DNA of 64,000 bases. Origin: Candidatus Thorarchaeota archaeon. Its GTDB lineage: Archaea; Asgardarchaeota; Thorarchaeia; Thorarchaeales; Thorarchaeaceae. The DNA is taken from contig CAVSBO010000003.1 of assembly GCA_963726195.1 (NCBI GenBank), forward strand, positions 387,011 through 451,010, written 5' to 3'. The notes beneath the pieces were generated by a model that worked only from the letters and a program-made list of their open reading frames with translations, had not been told where the DNA came from and made no database searches. Position numbers and translations under genes: made by a program. Below, in pieces: positions 1 to 9,712 of this stretch. Position 1 is the first letter of the stretch. The number at the start of each line of letters is the position of its first letter.

Positions 1-226
1 CATCTGACGTCAAAAAGAGATTGAGCCTGTAATCGGCTTCTTGAATGCCCACAATGTCTCTCAGACTCACATAGATGGCATCACCCGATTCCGGAAGGAC
101 TGCAAGATGCTCAGCGTCAATCTGGCCCTTTCCTTCACCCGAGTTTGTCTCCTTTCCTTTCTCGTTAGCTAATGAAAAACTAAGAGAACAGTCCATCTCG
201 ATAGCAGGTTGCTCTTCTTCGCCCAT
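1..226 (-). CDS. hypothetical protein, truncated by left window edge
   Basis: Minus-strand frame opens at ATG (revcomp of 224-226) and runs off the edge: MGEEEQPAIEMDCSLSFSLANEKGKETNSGEGKGQIDAEHLAVLPESGDAIYVSLRDIVGIQEADYRLNLFLTSD. Same orientation as the ABC-2 operon just upstream. No family motif recognised. Confidence 0.3.
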   Translation of the reverse strand, partial: MGEEEQPAIEMDCSLSFSLANEKGKETNSGEGKGQIDAEHLAVLPESGDAIYVSLRDIVGIQEADYRLNLFLTSD

Positions 227-345
227 GATGTTCACTCTTCGAGGTCGCGAAGCTCAACTGATACTTAAAGGTTGTAGGGAACCAATACGACCAAGACCGG
301 GAGCATATGACCTGCAAGCAATCAACCGCACACCGGATATTGTTC

Positions 346-1224
346 TCAGAACTGACTGAGTGCCCCGTGCTTCCGCACATATCTGTCGGTAGCTCGGAAG
401 AGAACCAATCCGACTGAGAGAAATATGATGTCCAGCACTATGAGAACAAGCACGGCCTCCAATATCCCTGGTACCATGAGCCCGTTCATAAGAAAGGATC
501 TGAAGGATTCCACACTCCAAGTCAGAGGACTTGAAACAGCGGCATACTGTAGAACTGGATGCAGAACCGCAATCGGGTATGATATGGGCGCTATCAACAT
601 CAACGTGCTGCCGATGAAATCGACAATCATCCAGCCTTGCTTCGCCACGAGCACAATGCACGTGATTCCGAACACGACGCCCTGCATGCCGATGAGAGCC
701 AGTCCAACTATAGCGAGTGACGGGAGAATGCCCCAGGCATTTATGGTAACCCCAAAGAGCAGTACGGAGAATAGTAGCTGAACAATTACCCCAAAACCTC
801 CTTGCAGCAGGCTGTGCAGCATCGCGCCCCAGACCAGAGTTTCCTTCTTCATCGGTGTAGTAAGCAAGGTCTCTAGCGTGCCAGTGTTCTGTTCTCGCCG
901 GAAAGTCAAACCTGAGCCCCAGAATATCGAGAAACAGAGAGCGCTGAACGCATTGCCGATGGCAACATAGCTTACCCAGTCCGTCGTGCCCGTCGTCGTA
1001 CTGAACACTGACGATTGACTAGCACCGACAGCCGCAGAACCAACAAGAACGTATGGGAGGAACCACAGGAAAGGAGATACGATGAAATACAGAAGGCTGA
1101 GAGGATAGCTAAGGTCAACTTTCCATTCTTGTATTGCCACTGCAACGGCGGCTCTCAATTCAGACCTGTAACCTTCTCTCTGCTTCATTCTGACAAAGGC
1201 ATCAGCTTTCGCGACCTTCGACAT
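346..1224 (-). CDS. ABC-2 type transporter permease
   Basis: 292-aa polytopic membrane ORF with no ATPase motifs. Its ATG directly abuts the stop of the upstream permease gene (TAG/ATG at 1225/1224). It is the last gene of a three-gene operon with the ATPase at 2143-3135. Confidence 0.8.
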   Translation of the reverse strand: MSKVAKADAFVRMKQREGYRSELRAAVAVAIQEWKVDLSYPLSLLYFIVSPFLWFLPYVLVGSAAVGASQSSVFSTTTGTTDWVSYVAIGNAFSALCFSIFWGSGLTFRREQNTGTLETLLTTPMKKETLVWGAMLHSLLQGGFGVIVQLLFSVLLFGVTINAWGILPSLAIVGLALIGMQGVVFGITCIVLVAKQGWMIVDFIGSTLMLIAPISYPIAVLHPVLQYAAVSSPLTWSVESFRSFLMNGLMVPGILEAVLVLIVLDIIFLSVGLVLFRATDRYVRKHGALSQF

Positions 1225-2124
1225 CTAGAACCCTCCCATACTGCCCCTTTCCTTCGCCCAATGTTCAGCATGCTTGAATGCCCAGAGTCCCAGACCCCAC
1301 AAGATGAGAAGCAACATGAGCATGAAGGCCACAGACTGCAAGAACGTCACGGGATTAAAGAGGCCAGTAATCGCCAGCTCTCGCACGGCGACAATCGCCA
1401 TCGTCGACGGAATCAAGTACGCAGCGTACCTTGCGCCGGTAGGCAAGACCTGCAGAGGATAGTTGACGGGAGAGACAGTGAAAACAGAAGTGCTGATGAG
1501 GTCTGTCAGAACACTCGGATCCTTGAAGACCATTATGAGACCGGCGACCATGAAGCTAAACCCATAGAGACCTAGTATCATCAATAGCATAATGACTATT
1601 ATTGGCAGAATCATCGTGACTGCATACGTGACACCGAACAAGAACATGCAAACAAAGAGAAGTATGAAAGCCGAGACCGTGGTTTGAATCGTGTCAGCAA
1701 AAGCAGCCCCAACTAGAATACTGATCCATGGCACGGGCGTAACAAAGAGAGGTTCCAAAGTCCCGGAGAATTGCTCCCACCTGAAATTGTTGCCGACTGA
1801 CCAGATGCTGGTGTCGACGTACCTGTACACGAACCAACCTATGATAGCGAACGTGAGAAAATCACTGAATCCTGAGACTTCGACGAAGTGCGCACTGGTT
1901 CCAGGTCCAGATATAGCAGTCATTAACAGAATGTAGGGAGCCAACCAGATAATGGGAATCGTTCCCCACACTATGATATTGGTTGGGTACCGAATTGCGA
2001 TAAGGAGGTTCTTCCTCATGAAGACTCGGGCTGCGGACCAGTCCATCAACTTTGGTTCGAAGGTCTCAAGGTAAGACTTCGAGGCCTGACCTTTCGAAGA
2101 TTCTGTTGACCTTGTCCCTGACAA
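1225..2124 (-). CDS. ABC-2 type transporter permease
   Basis: 299-aa polytopic membrane ORF, paralogous in layout to 346-1224. Starts 18 nt downstream of the ATPase gene stop. Confidence 0.8.
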   Translation of the reverse strand: MSGTRSTESSKGQASKSYLETFEPKLMDWSAARVFMRKNLLIAIRYPTNIIVWGTIPIIWLAPYILLMTAISGPGTSAHFVEVSGFSDFLTFAIIGWFVYRYVDTSIWSVGNNFRWEQFSGTLEPLFVTPVPWISILVGAAFADTIQTTVSAFILLFVCMFLFGVTYAVTMILPIIVIMLLMILGLYGFSFMVAGLIMVFKDPSVLTDLISTSVFTVSPVNYPLQVLPTGARYAAYLIPSTMAIVAVRELAITGLFNPVTFLQSVAFMLMLLLILWGLGLWAFKHAEHWAKERGSMGGF

Positions 2125-2142
2125 TTCCTTCGTCTCCTCTTT

Positions 2143-3135
2143 CTAATCGTCGATAGTGCGGCCTGTGAGTTGCATGAAAACGTCATCTAGAGTCGGCTCT
2201 TTGACTTCAAAGTGCTCCACTCGCGTGTTCGGATCTTGATGTAATAGGTCGAGCAACCTGTGAGCCAGTTCATAGCCATCATGTGCAGTGGCTACGAGCT
2301 CTGAATGGTCATCTGTTAGCTTCATCTGTGCGTTGATTACGTCGGGAAGGGCTCTTACAGCTTCGATGTTCGGAACACCCTTTACTGTGATGTGAAGGCT
2401 ATCGTAGTCTCTGACCCCCTCTTTCAGTTCATGCGGCGTTCCGACCTTCTTGATTTCCCCTTCGTTGAGAAGGGCAATTCGGTCACAGAGCAGATCAGCC
2501 TCATGCATGTAGTGTGTCGTGAGGAGTATGGTTTTGTCTCGAAGCTGATCTCGAATGTATGTTCTGAGGTCAGCTGCGAATGTCGGGTCCATCCCCTGTG
2601 TCGGTTCATCCAAGAGGAGTACCGGAGGATCGTGAATCAGTGCTCTCGCGAATACAATCTTCATTCTCATACCGTGACTGAGGTTTTCTGCCTTCACGTC
2701 AGCCTTGTCAAGCAGACCCATTTGACCCAGGAGTTCATCGGCCCTTTCGCGTGCTTCGTTCTTTGGCATCCTGTAGAGTCTCGCGAAGAATGTCATGTTC
2801 TCGCGGCCCGAGAGTTTCCAGTATATGCTTCTCTCGTTTCCTTGGCATACACCAATAGAGGCGCGCACATATGTCGCGTCCTTCAAGACGTCGTAACCCA
2901 TGACCCTCGCGCTACCAGAGGTAGGAAGGACAAGGGTGGCAAGCACTTTGATAAGCGTCGTCTTCCCCGCACCGTTTGGACCCAAAATACCCCAGATACG
3001 ACCATGCGGAATATCAAGTGTTATGGACTTGAGAGCCGCGACGACTTCTTTCTTGCCGGGAAATACAATCGCTCTTCTGTTCATGCTGACGAATGTTTTC
3101 GAAAGTTCGTGTATCTCAACATCATTATCTGACAT
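2143..3135 (-). CDS. ABC transporter ATP-binding protein (DrrA/CcmA-like exporter ATPase)
   Basis: Walker A GPNGAGKTT, signature LSHGMRMK, Walker B VLLLDEPTQGMD, H-loop LLTTHYMHEA. The ORF track extends to 3261, but the ATG at 3133-3135 (MSDNDVEIHELSK) is preceded by GGAGG (revcomp of 3145-3149) and gives a normal N-terminus. Confidence 0.9.
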   Translation of the reverse strand: MSDNDVEIHELSKTFVSMNRRAIVFPGKKEVVAALKSITLDIPHGRIWGILGPNGAGKTTLIKVLATLVLPTSGSARVMGYDVLKDATYVRASIGVCQGNERSIYWKLSGRENMTFFARLYRMPKNEARERADELLGQMGLLDKADVKAENLSHGMRMKIVFARALIHDPPVLLLDEPTQGMDPTFAADLRTYIRDQLRDKTILLTTHYMHEADLLCDRIALLNEGEIKKVGTPHELKEGVRDYDSLHITVKGVPNIEAVRALPDVINAQMKLTDDHSELVATAHDGYELAHRLLDLLHQDPNTRVEHFEVKEPTLDDVFMQLTGRTIDD

Positions 3136-3454
3136 GTGAAGAATCCTCCCAACTTGTGGTGAGTGTGTACTGGCGTTCTCATGTGCCCATGGACAGCATA
3201 GATTGGGCTCAAACAACTCAAAAGACGTCAGGCAGGTTCTACTGCCACAATACACCGACAAAGGTCATGAGATACACCTTCAGCTCCCCGCTCTGCTTTT
3301 TCCATATAAGTATAGCGGGGCATTGGTTCATAACGAGAGAAAACGGGCGCCGCGTCCGCAGACTGTCCTTTGCAGGAATGATCCTTGCAGACTAAACGCC
3401 GCAATTGAGTACGTTCAGATATGCCTTTAGGAGCATTGCTCTGTCGCGACCTGC

Positions 3455-4369
3455 ATGATGCAGAGCACACCCGGCTTCCTGATAGGGGTTGTAGCCGGTC
3501 TGCTAGCCGCGTTTCTGTTTGCAATTTCAGTCAATGTATACAAGTCTCAGAGCGAAGGCATCAGACCCGTCGCTGTCAGCTCGATAAAGATGTGGATATC
3601 ACTTCCTTTCATGATAGTGCTTGAGCTCTTGCTAATACCTTTCAGGACGACCCCTTACTCGGTGCCATTGGGAGCCCTGCTACCGCTATCAATCTCGATG
3701 GTTGCCGGTGCTGTTGTGGGTGATACTGCGTACTTGATTAGCCAAGATAGGATAGGCATAGCTCACGCATTTCCAATAGCTGGTGCACATCCAATCATGA
3801 CCTATCTTGTCGCGCTCGCATTCTTGGGCGAGCCTTTCGGGATTGCCAGAATGTCAGGTGTGATTCTTGCTGTCATCGGGATTGTTCTCATAACCAGAGA
3901 GCATGGAGCCAAGACAAGTGAGTTGGAGACCAAACGGAGCTTCGACCCACTCGGAATTGGGCTAGCTTTCCTGGCTCTCATCATGTTTTCTCTAGCCGCC
4001 ATCTTCGCATATCTAGGCGTAATGTCTGTCGACCCCGTGGATGCGAATCTTCCAAGAGTGATAGTCGGCTCTGCTGCGCTCGTTCCGATATACGGAGTCG
4101 CAAAACACAAGGGCATGGCTACGCCTTCAAGACACGCAACGAAGCTCAGTATCGTGGCCGGGTTTCTTGGAATGTCAGTTGGATCGATATTCTACATAAT
4201 GTCATTCAAGTATGTCGGAGCGTCAGTCGGTTCAGTGTTGGCTTCCACATCTCCTCTCTTCGCTGTGCCGATGTCGCTTGTCTTTCTGAAGGAACGGGTC
4301 TCAAGACTCGCAGTGGTCGGCATCACTGCAACAATCACGGGCGTCTTCCTAGTCCTGTTGGGATTCTAG
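3455..4369 (+). CDS. EamA/DMT-superfamily transporter
   Basis: 304-aa ORF with about 10 hydrophobic helices in two internally repeated halves, typical of EamA-domain permeases. Clear paralog of the next gene. Confidence 0.8.
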   Translation: MMQSTPGFLIGVVAGLLAAFLFAISVNVYKSQSEGIRPVAVSSIKMWISLPFMIVLELLLIPFRTTPYSVPLGALLPLSISMVAGAVVGDTAYLISQDRIGIAHAFPIAGAHPIMTYLVALAFLGEPFGIARMSGVILAVIGIVLITREHGAKTSELETKRSFDPLGIGLAFLALIMFSLAAIFAYLGVMSVDPVDANLPRVIVGSAALVPIYGVAKHKGMATPSRHATKLSIVAGFLGMSVGSIFYIMSFKYVGASVGSVLASTSPLFAVPMSLVFLKERVSRLAVVGITATITGVFLVLLGF

Positions 4370-4393
4370 CATGAGGAGGACGGCCGTCCGAAG

Positions 4394-5296
4394 GTGGCTG
4401 CGATGCAAGACATCATGCTGGGCGTAACGGCAGGGCTCCTGAGCTCTCTCTTCTACGCCGTGTCCGTTATCATATACAAGTCAGTTGCCCACGATATTAG
4501 ACCCCTTGCTGTTAGTGCCATCAAGATGTGGGTCAGCCTTGCATTCATCACCATTCTCGTCTTCGAACCTTTCAGAACCACACCGTTTTCTGTTCCACTT
4601 CAAGATGTCATCATACTCGGAGCAGCAGTCACAGTCGGCACAGTAATCGGGGATACCGCGTATCTTTTCAGTCAAGACAGAATTGGCGTGTCCCACGCGT
4701 TTCCGATAACGTCCGCATATCCCATCACAACATACATTCTGGCAATTGCGTTTTTGGGGGACCAGATTGTTCCGAGCAGAATCTTCGGAGTAGTTCTTGC
4801 AGTGGTCGGAATCTTCGTGATCTCCCGAGGTCAGAGCCATGATGCCGACACTACAGAGAGACGCGGCTCTGCTGCGGTAGGAATGTCACTGGCACTACTC
4901 GCGCTAATCATGTACTCTTTTAGCACGACATTGATGCAAGCAGGCACTTCTGGGGTTGAAGCCATTGACGCGAACTTCATCAGAATGCTAGTTGGCTCCA
5001 TAGAGCTCGCTCCGGCTTTCGCAGTCGCAAGGCACCTCGGCATGCCGCTTCCATCGAAGCGCGGCGTCAAGGTCACGGTCATCGCGTCTATCTTTGGGAT
5101 GGCTCTGGGATCGCTTCTATACTTGGCCTCCATCAAGTATGCCGGGGCGACCATCGGTGCTGTTGTTGGGTCCACCTCTCCTCTCTTCGGCGTGCCTATA
5201 GCCTATGCGTACCTGAAAGAGAGAGTGTCCAAGTTGGAAATTGCCGGAATAGCGGCAACCATGACAGGCGTGCTTCTGACAGTGTTCAGCTTCTAG
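4394..5296 (+). CDS. EamA/DMT-superfamily transporter (tandem paralog)
   Basis: 300-aa ORF collinear with 3455-4369 (shared strings IYKS, IRP.AVS.IKMW.SL, IGDTAYL.SQDRIG..HAFPI, YLKERVS). GTG start at 4394; an alternative ATG lies 9 nt downstream. Confidence 0.8.
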   Translation: MAAMQDIMLGVTAGLLSSLFYAVSVIIYKSVAHDIRPLAVSAIKMWVSLAFITILVFEPFRTTPFSVPLQDVIILGAAVTVGTVIGDTAYLFSQDRIGVSHAFPITSAYPITTYILAIAFLGDQIVPSRIFGVVLAVVGIFVISRGQSHDADTTERRGSAAVGMSLALLALIMYSFSTTLMQAGTSGVEAIDANFIRMLVGSIELAPAFAVARHLGMPLPSKRGVKVTVIASIFGMALGSLLYLASIKYAGATIGAVVGSTSPLFGVPIAYAYLKERVSKLEIAGIAATMTGVLLTVFSF

Positions 5297-5711
5297 ACGT
5301 CTTGATTGTAAGAGCAGGTTGACAGAGAGAGCCGCACTCACTCGTCCTCAGACTTATTAGCTCCGGCTCACTATCGCTCTCATCTGATGTCTTCGGTGTT
5401 TTCTCTTGCGGCCTTTTAGTTCCATACGGAAATGCTGACGGACTACTCCCTGTTATTCCATATTTGGCATCGTAGTATCTTTCCCATTTGGCCCCGTCGT
5501 AACTGTCAGCAGGATGTTCGGCCTGTTTGATCCACGGATCCTCAGGTTGCGCATACTCGTCCTTTCTCTCAGGTTCGCCAGTCCGAGCCCCCTTCTCACA
5601 TTCGCCTGTCAGACCTCCCTTGTACATGATGACCAACAGGAAAAGTAGGAACAGGAAAAAGGCCACGAGGACGAGATAATCGGACAAGTACGAAAAACCA
5701 AACTGCAGCAA
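5286..5711 (-). CDS. hypothetical single-pass membrane protein
   Basis: 141-aa ORF with one N-terminal hydrophobic helix (LVLVAFFLFLLFLLVIMY) and an acidic, Pro/Glu-rich tail. Converges on the EamA gene with an 11-nt overlap. No family recognised. Confidence 0.35.
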   Translation of the reverse strand: MLQFGFSYLSDYLVLVAFFLFLLFLLVIMYKGGLTGECEKGARTGEPERKDEYAQPEDPWIKQAEHPADSYDGAKWERYYDAKYGITGSSPSAFPYGTKRPQEKTPKTSDESDSEPELISLRTSECGSLCQPALTIKTSRS

Positions 5712-5808
5712 CTCTAGCCCCTATCATACATGTACGCAACAGCTTGTGGGCCTTTTGTCCGACATTGAGGCGGCGAGACCAAGACTGCATAACCTTGCCT
5801 TGATCTTG

Positions 5809-6775
5809 CTATGGCGAGGCCTTGAGCACTACGTAGACCTCGAATGTATCGCGCTCTCTGACGAATGTGACACGAAGCTTGGCGCCCACTTTCCTTTTGG
5901 CAATGATGCCTCTGAGCTCTTCCATGCCCACGACCTTGCTTCCGTCGATTGCCACAATGACATCTCCAGGTCTCAAACCCGCCTTGAGCGCAGGTCCCCT
6001 TTGAAGCTCAATCAATAACGCCCCTTCATCAACATTAAGTCTGATAGTGTGATGCAATCCCCTTGTTGAGAGTAACTCCAACAATGCCCATCCAAGGTGA
6101 CTGCACCGTGCCTGTTTCGATAAGCTCCTCAAATACGTCCTTGATTCGATCCACTGCAAGGGCAAAGCCAATTCCCTGGCTCCACGGTATCATGGCCGTT
6201 GGCATACCGATTAGCTTACCTTCCGTGTCCACGAGGGCTCCTCCGGAGTTGCCGGGATTGATCTGAGCAGAGGTCTGTATCAGACCCTCAAGAAAGGCCT
6301 CTTCACTCTGAATCGTTCTTTCGAGGGCGCTTATCATGCCGAATGTGACAGTGGTGCCAAGTCCTAGGGGGTTACCAACTGCTATCGCAAATTGACCAAC
6401 CTTCAACTTGCTCGATTCGCCCAACTCAATCGGAACCAGTTTCTTCGCATCTATCTTTAGAACCGCGAGGTCTCTCGATCTCGACTGACCAACCAGAACA
6501 GCCTTGAAAGCTTCTCCGTCAGACATGGTTACGCCGATGTCTCTAGCTCCTTCCACAACGTGTGCATTGGTGACAATGAAACCTTTCTCGGTCAAGACAA
6601 CACCTGAACCTTGACCTTGCACTGGGACTATCTGGGACATCTGTACGCGTGCCAGAGCGACTGTAGACACACTCACTACACTAGGAATGACTTTCTCGAC
6701 AACCTCTACGAATCTTGATTCGAGTTCCTTCATCATCGGGTCTGACATGGTTCCACTGGCAGCATGTTCCCGCAT
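5809..6775 (-). CDS. HtrA/DegP-family serine protease with PDZ domain, reading frame interrupted
   Basis: ORF 6035-6775 has the trypsin-fold triad contexts TNAHVV, DLAVLK and GNSGGALV. The PDZ domain (GLRPGDVIVAIDGSKVVGMEELRGIIAKRKVG) continues in ORF 5809-6171 in a different frame. The frames switch at about 6040-6060 (..GVTLNKGIASHYQT* versus ..HHTIRLNVDEGALLIEL). Confidence 0.8.
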
Positions 6776-6796
6776 ATTAACTTGAACATCTGCACT

Positions 6797-6885
6797 TAGG
6801 GTCTGTCAATGTGGGAGTGTAGTTTTGATAAAGATAAGAAATTAGAGAAGTATAGGGTCTGTCAATAGGGGACTCAGGGGGGAGG
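6797..6885 (+). repeat. two direct copies of motif R1 (TAGGGTCTGTCAAT, the second extended by a G-string)
   Basis: TAGGGTCTGTCAAT occurs at 6797-6810 and 6853-6866. The second copy continues AGGGGACTCAGGGGGGAGG. A third copy is at 7661-7688. The 5' half resembles the S-gene terminator hairpin arm GGGGTCTGAAAT(A/G)GAC. Confidence 0.6.
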
Positions 6886-6903
6886 AATATTCTGTCCTCA
6901 ATG

Positions 6904-6945
6904 ACTGTCCACAGGCCATGCCGACAATTGACAAGGAAGAAAAAG
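6904..6945 (+). repeat. motif R3 copy (ACTGTCCAC..GGCCATGCCGAC..TTGACAAGG)
   Basis: GGCCATGCCGAC at 6914-6925 recurs as GGCCATGCCAAC at 8605-8616. Both copies are followed by TGAC..AGGAAGAAAAAG. Weaker relatives are at about 8079-8100, about 8271-8300, and in the S1-S2 spacer (AGACATGGCCAGCACAATCTC, 12493-12513). Confidence 0.5.
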
Positions 6946-7452
6946 TGATAAGATAGAAAAAACTGGAGAGAACTGAAATGAGAAGAAGCACGTCAAGATC
7001 ATGATTATAATTGTGTGTTTGATGATAAAAAGTAAGATGTAAGAAGGGAAATAGAAGTAAAAGAAAAATAAAAAAAGGAAGGAAAAAAAAAAAAAAAGAG
7101 AAAATAAAGTAAGATAGAATGGAAAGAGAGAAGAGAAAAAAATAGAGAAAAATGTAATAGAAGGAGGAGTTAAAGAGAAAAAAGAATATGAGAGAGAGAT
7201 TAAAGGATGAGATAAAGATGAATATAAATAAGAAGAAGAGAAAGATAATAAAAAAAAAATAAAAAGAAGAGATGAATGATATGAAAAGATAAAGGAGAAA
7301 AAAAAGAAGAAATGGATAGGAGAATGAAAAAAAATAGATAAAGAAATGAATAAAAAAAAAAAAAAAAAAAAAAGGAAGTATATGAATAGGGGATAAGAAT
7401 TAGATTTATAAAAGTAAATAGTATATGAAAAGGAGATATTTGGAATATACTA

Positions 7453-7640
7453 CTATGCTCGCATAGGCATAACCTGATTGATATGACTAGTTACTTGGAC
7501 ACGTCGTTCTAATAGTGAGATATACCTACGGGGAAACAACTGATAGCGTATATTTGGTCTTAACACTAAATAAGATCAGGCAGAACTAGCATAGGAATGT
7601 TACGTGTGACAACCAATCTCGGTTAGGAGTTATAAGAGAG
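7453..7640 (+). repeat. R2 copy 1: homolog of the surface-gene 5' region, with no gene behind it
   Basis: Shares ATTGATATG (7477-7485), GACACGTCG and TACGGGGAAACAAC with the S2 upstream region (ATTGATATG 12594-12602, GACGAGTC, TACGCGGGAAACGA 12643-12656). Ends in GTGACAACCAATCTCGGTTAGGAG, which resembles the S2/S4 Shine-Dalgarno region (GTTCAGGAGAG / GTTTAGGAGAG). It is followed by an R1 copy instead of a coding sequence. Confidence 0.6.
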
Positions 7641-7660
7641 ATTAATAAGTTATATAAATA

Positions 7661-7688
7661 GAGGTCTGTCAATGGACTCAGAGGGGGA
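7661..7688 (+). repeat. R1 copy 3 (GAGGTCTGTCAATGGACTCAGAGGGGGA)
   Basis: Direct match to the 6853-6885 motif. Compare the S3 terminator GGGGTCTGAAATGGACCCTGCCTCCCC: the first 17 nt are closely similar, then the terminator's pyrimidine tail is replaced here by a purine G-string. Confidence 0.6.
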
Positions 7689-8600
7689 AAGAACAACGAA
7701 CTATCAGAGACGAAGAAAGAAAAAAGAAAAGGAATGCTGATGAGATCCTAATAAAAGAAGAAAAAGAGAAAGAAGAAGGGAAGAAAAGGAGAGGAAAAGA
7801 GAAAAATAGGAAAGAGAAAGAATAAAAAAAAAAAAGAAGAAAAAAGGGAAAAAGAGATGAGAAAGAGAAAGAGAAGGAGATGGGAAAGAAAGGAAAAGGA
7901 TATGAAAAAAAAAAGAGGTATATAGATATACTCAGAGGACTATACGCAGTGAAAAATGGGTCAAAGAAAAAGAGAAAGAAAGAAAAAAAAAAGAAAAGTA
8001 AAAAGAAGAGATATAAAAGTAAGAGAAACTAGAAATAAAAAATGAGAACACGCCGTTACTGGTGTGACTGAGCTATACCAAGGCCAAGCCAACGACAGGC
8101 TTAGCGATGAGAACACGACAAAAAAAAAAAAAAAGAAAGAAGAAGGAAAAGGAAGAAAAGGAAAGAGAAAGAAAGAAAATATAGAAAAAGGAGAAATGTA
8201 AAAGAAGAGAAAAATAAGAAAAGAAGAAAAAGAGAGATAATATAAATAAGAGTATGCCGAAGCTCTAGAATGAAACTGTCCACGCTGCTTGACAGATAAG
8301 AAAAGATGACAAATCCTATCTTCAAATAGGGATTTGAGAAGAATTGGTATTGGTAGAATATGTACCTGTGACTGAATGGCCACGGACTGATGAAATATAC
8401 CTTTGTGACAGGACTTTATGTGCTGACAGAGAAAATGGGCGCTCAATCACTGTCGGAGATGTGTCTGCAGAGATAGATAGAAAGAAAGAAGGAGTGAAAG
8501 AAAAAAAGAAGAAAAAGAGAAAGAAAGTAGGTGAAAAGAAAAGGAGAGGGAAAAGAAAAAGAAAAGAAGGGAGAAAAAAAGACAATGACAAAGATGTCAA

Positions 8601-8637
8601 ACACGGCCATGCCAACTGACGAGAGAGGAAGAAAAAG
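8601..8637 (+). repeat. motif R3 copy
   Basis: ACACGGCCATGCCAACTGACGAGAGAGGAAGAAAAAG matches 6911-6945. Confidence 0.5.
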
Positions 8638-8666
8638 CTCGGACCGTGAGAAGAGACCATGAATCT

Positions 8667-8923
8667 CTATGCTCTAGGCATAACCTTGATATACTGTGTC
8701 CTTTGACACGTCGTTCTAATTGTGGATTTCCCACGAAACAAACGAGTTAGCTTGATTCTTGCCCGAACTAGGCAAAATAAAATGAGAGAAAAGAAAAAAA
8801 AAAAGAAAAGAGAGGAGAACTAGCATTGTTCCGTGGTGACACAACCAATCTCGAGAGAGGAGACTTAGCGAGAGATGGTCTTGCTGAACATAGCATTGTT
8901 CCGTGGTGACACAACCAATCTCG
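8667..8923 (+). repeat. R2 copy 2: surface-gene 5'-region homolog with an internally duplicated 3' end
   Basis: TATGCTCTAGGCATAACCTTGATATACTGTG..GACACGTCGTTCTAAT..GATTTCCCACGAAACAAACGA is collinear with 7453-7560 and with the S2 upstream region. The unit AGCATTGTTCCGTGGTGACACAACCAATCTCGA occurs twice, ending at about 8853 and at 8923. Confidence 0.65.
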
Positions 8924-8965
<42 letters not shown>

Positions 8966-9065
8966 GTTGTTCTAACTGGGATTGACAGAAACAAATAGTC
9001 TAAGAGGAGAGAAAAAAAAAGTCAAGAGAAAGAATAGAAAAGTGAAAGGGTGACACAACGGAGAG

Positions 9066-9202
<137 letters not shown>

Positions 9203-9712
9203 ATAGAAAGAGAAAGACCAACTACCACAACAGGCACCACAACTACCTCCACAAGCAGCACAACAACGAGCACTCAGCCACCGAAGGCAAAACCCTCTAC
9301 TGAAGGAGCAGTCGGCGCCAATGAGGTCAAGCCTCTAGTGAATGCTGAAAGAAGAAGTCGTGAGGATACAGAATCGGAAGAGAGGGAACAGAAACGGGCA
9401 CAGACACAACAGACCAATGAACAAACAGACAACAGGACACAAAAGAAAGAAGGAAAGAAGAAGAAGAAAACACACAAAACAAAAAGGAAAACGGACAAAA
9501 GACATAGAACGATGAGCATGACAAACAAGGATAGCAAAATTGAAACATGGAATGAGAAACGAATCACAAAAAAAAAGAGAAGAAAAGGAAAAAAAGAAAA
9601 AGAGAGAAAAAAAAGAGAAAAAAAAAAAAGAAAGAAAAAGAAAAGGAGAAAAGAAAAGAAAAAAAAAAAAAAAAGAAAAATGAAAGAAAAAACAAATCCG
9701 GGAGAGACACAT

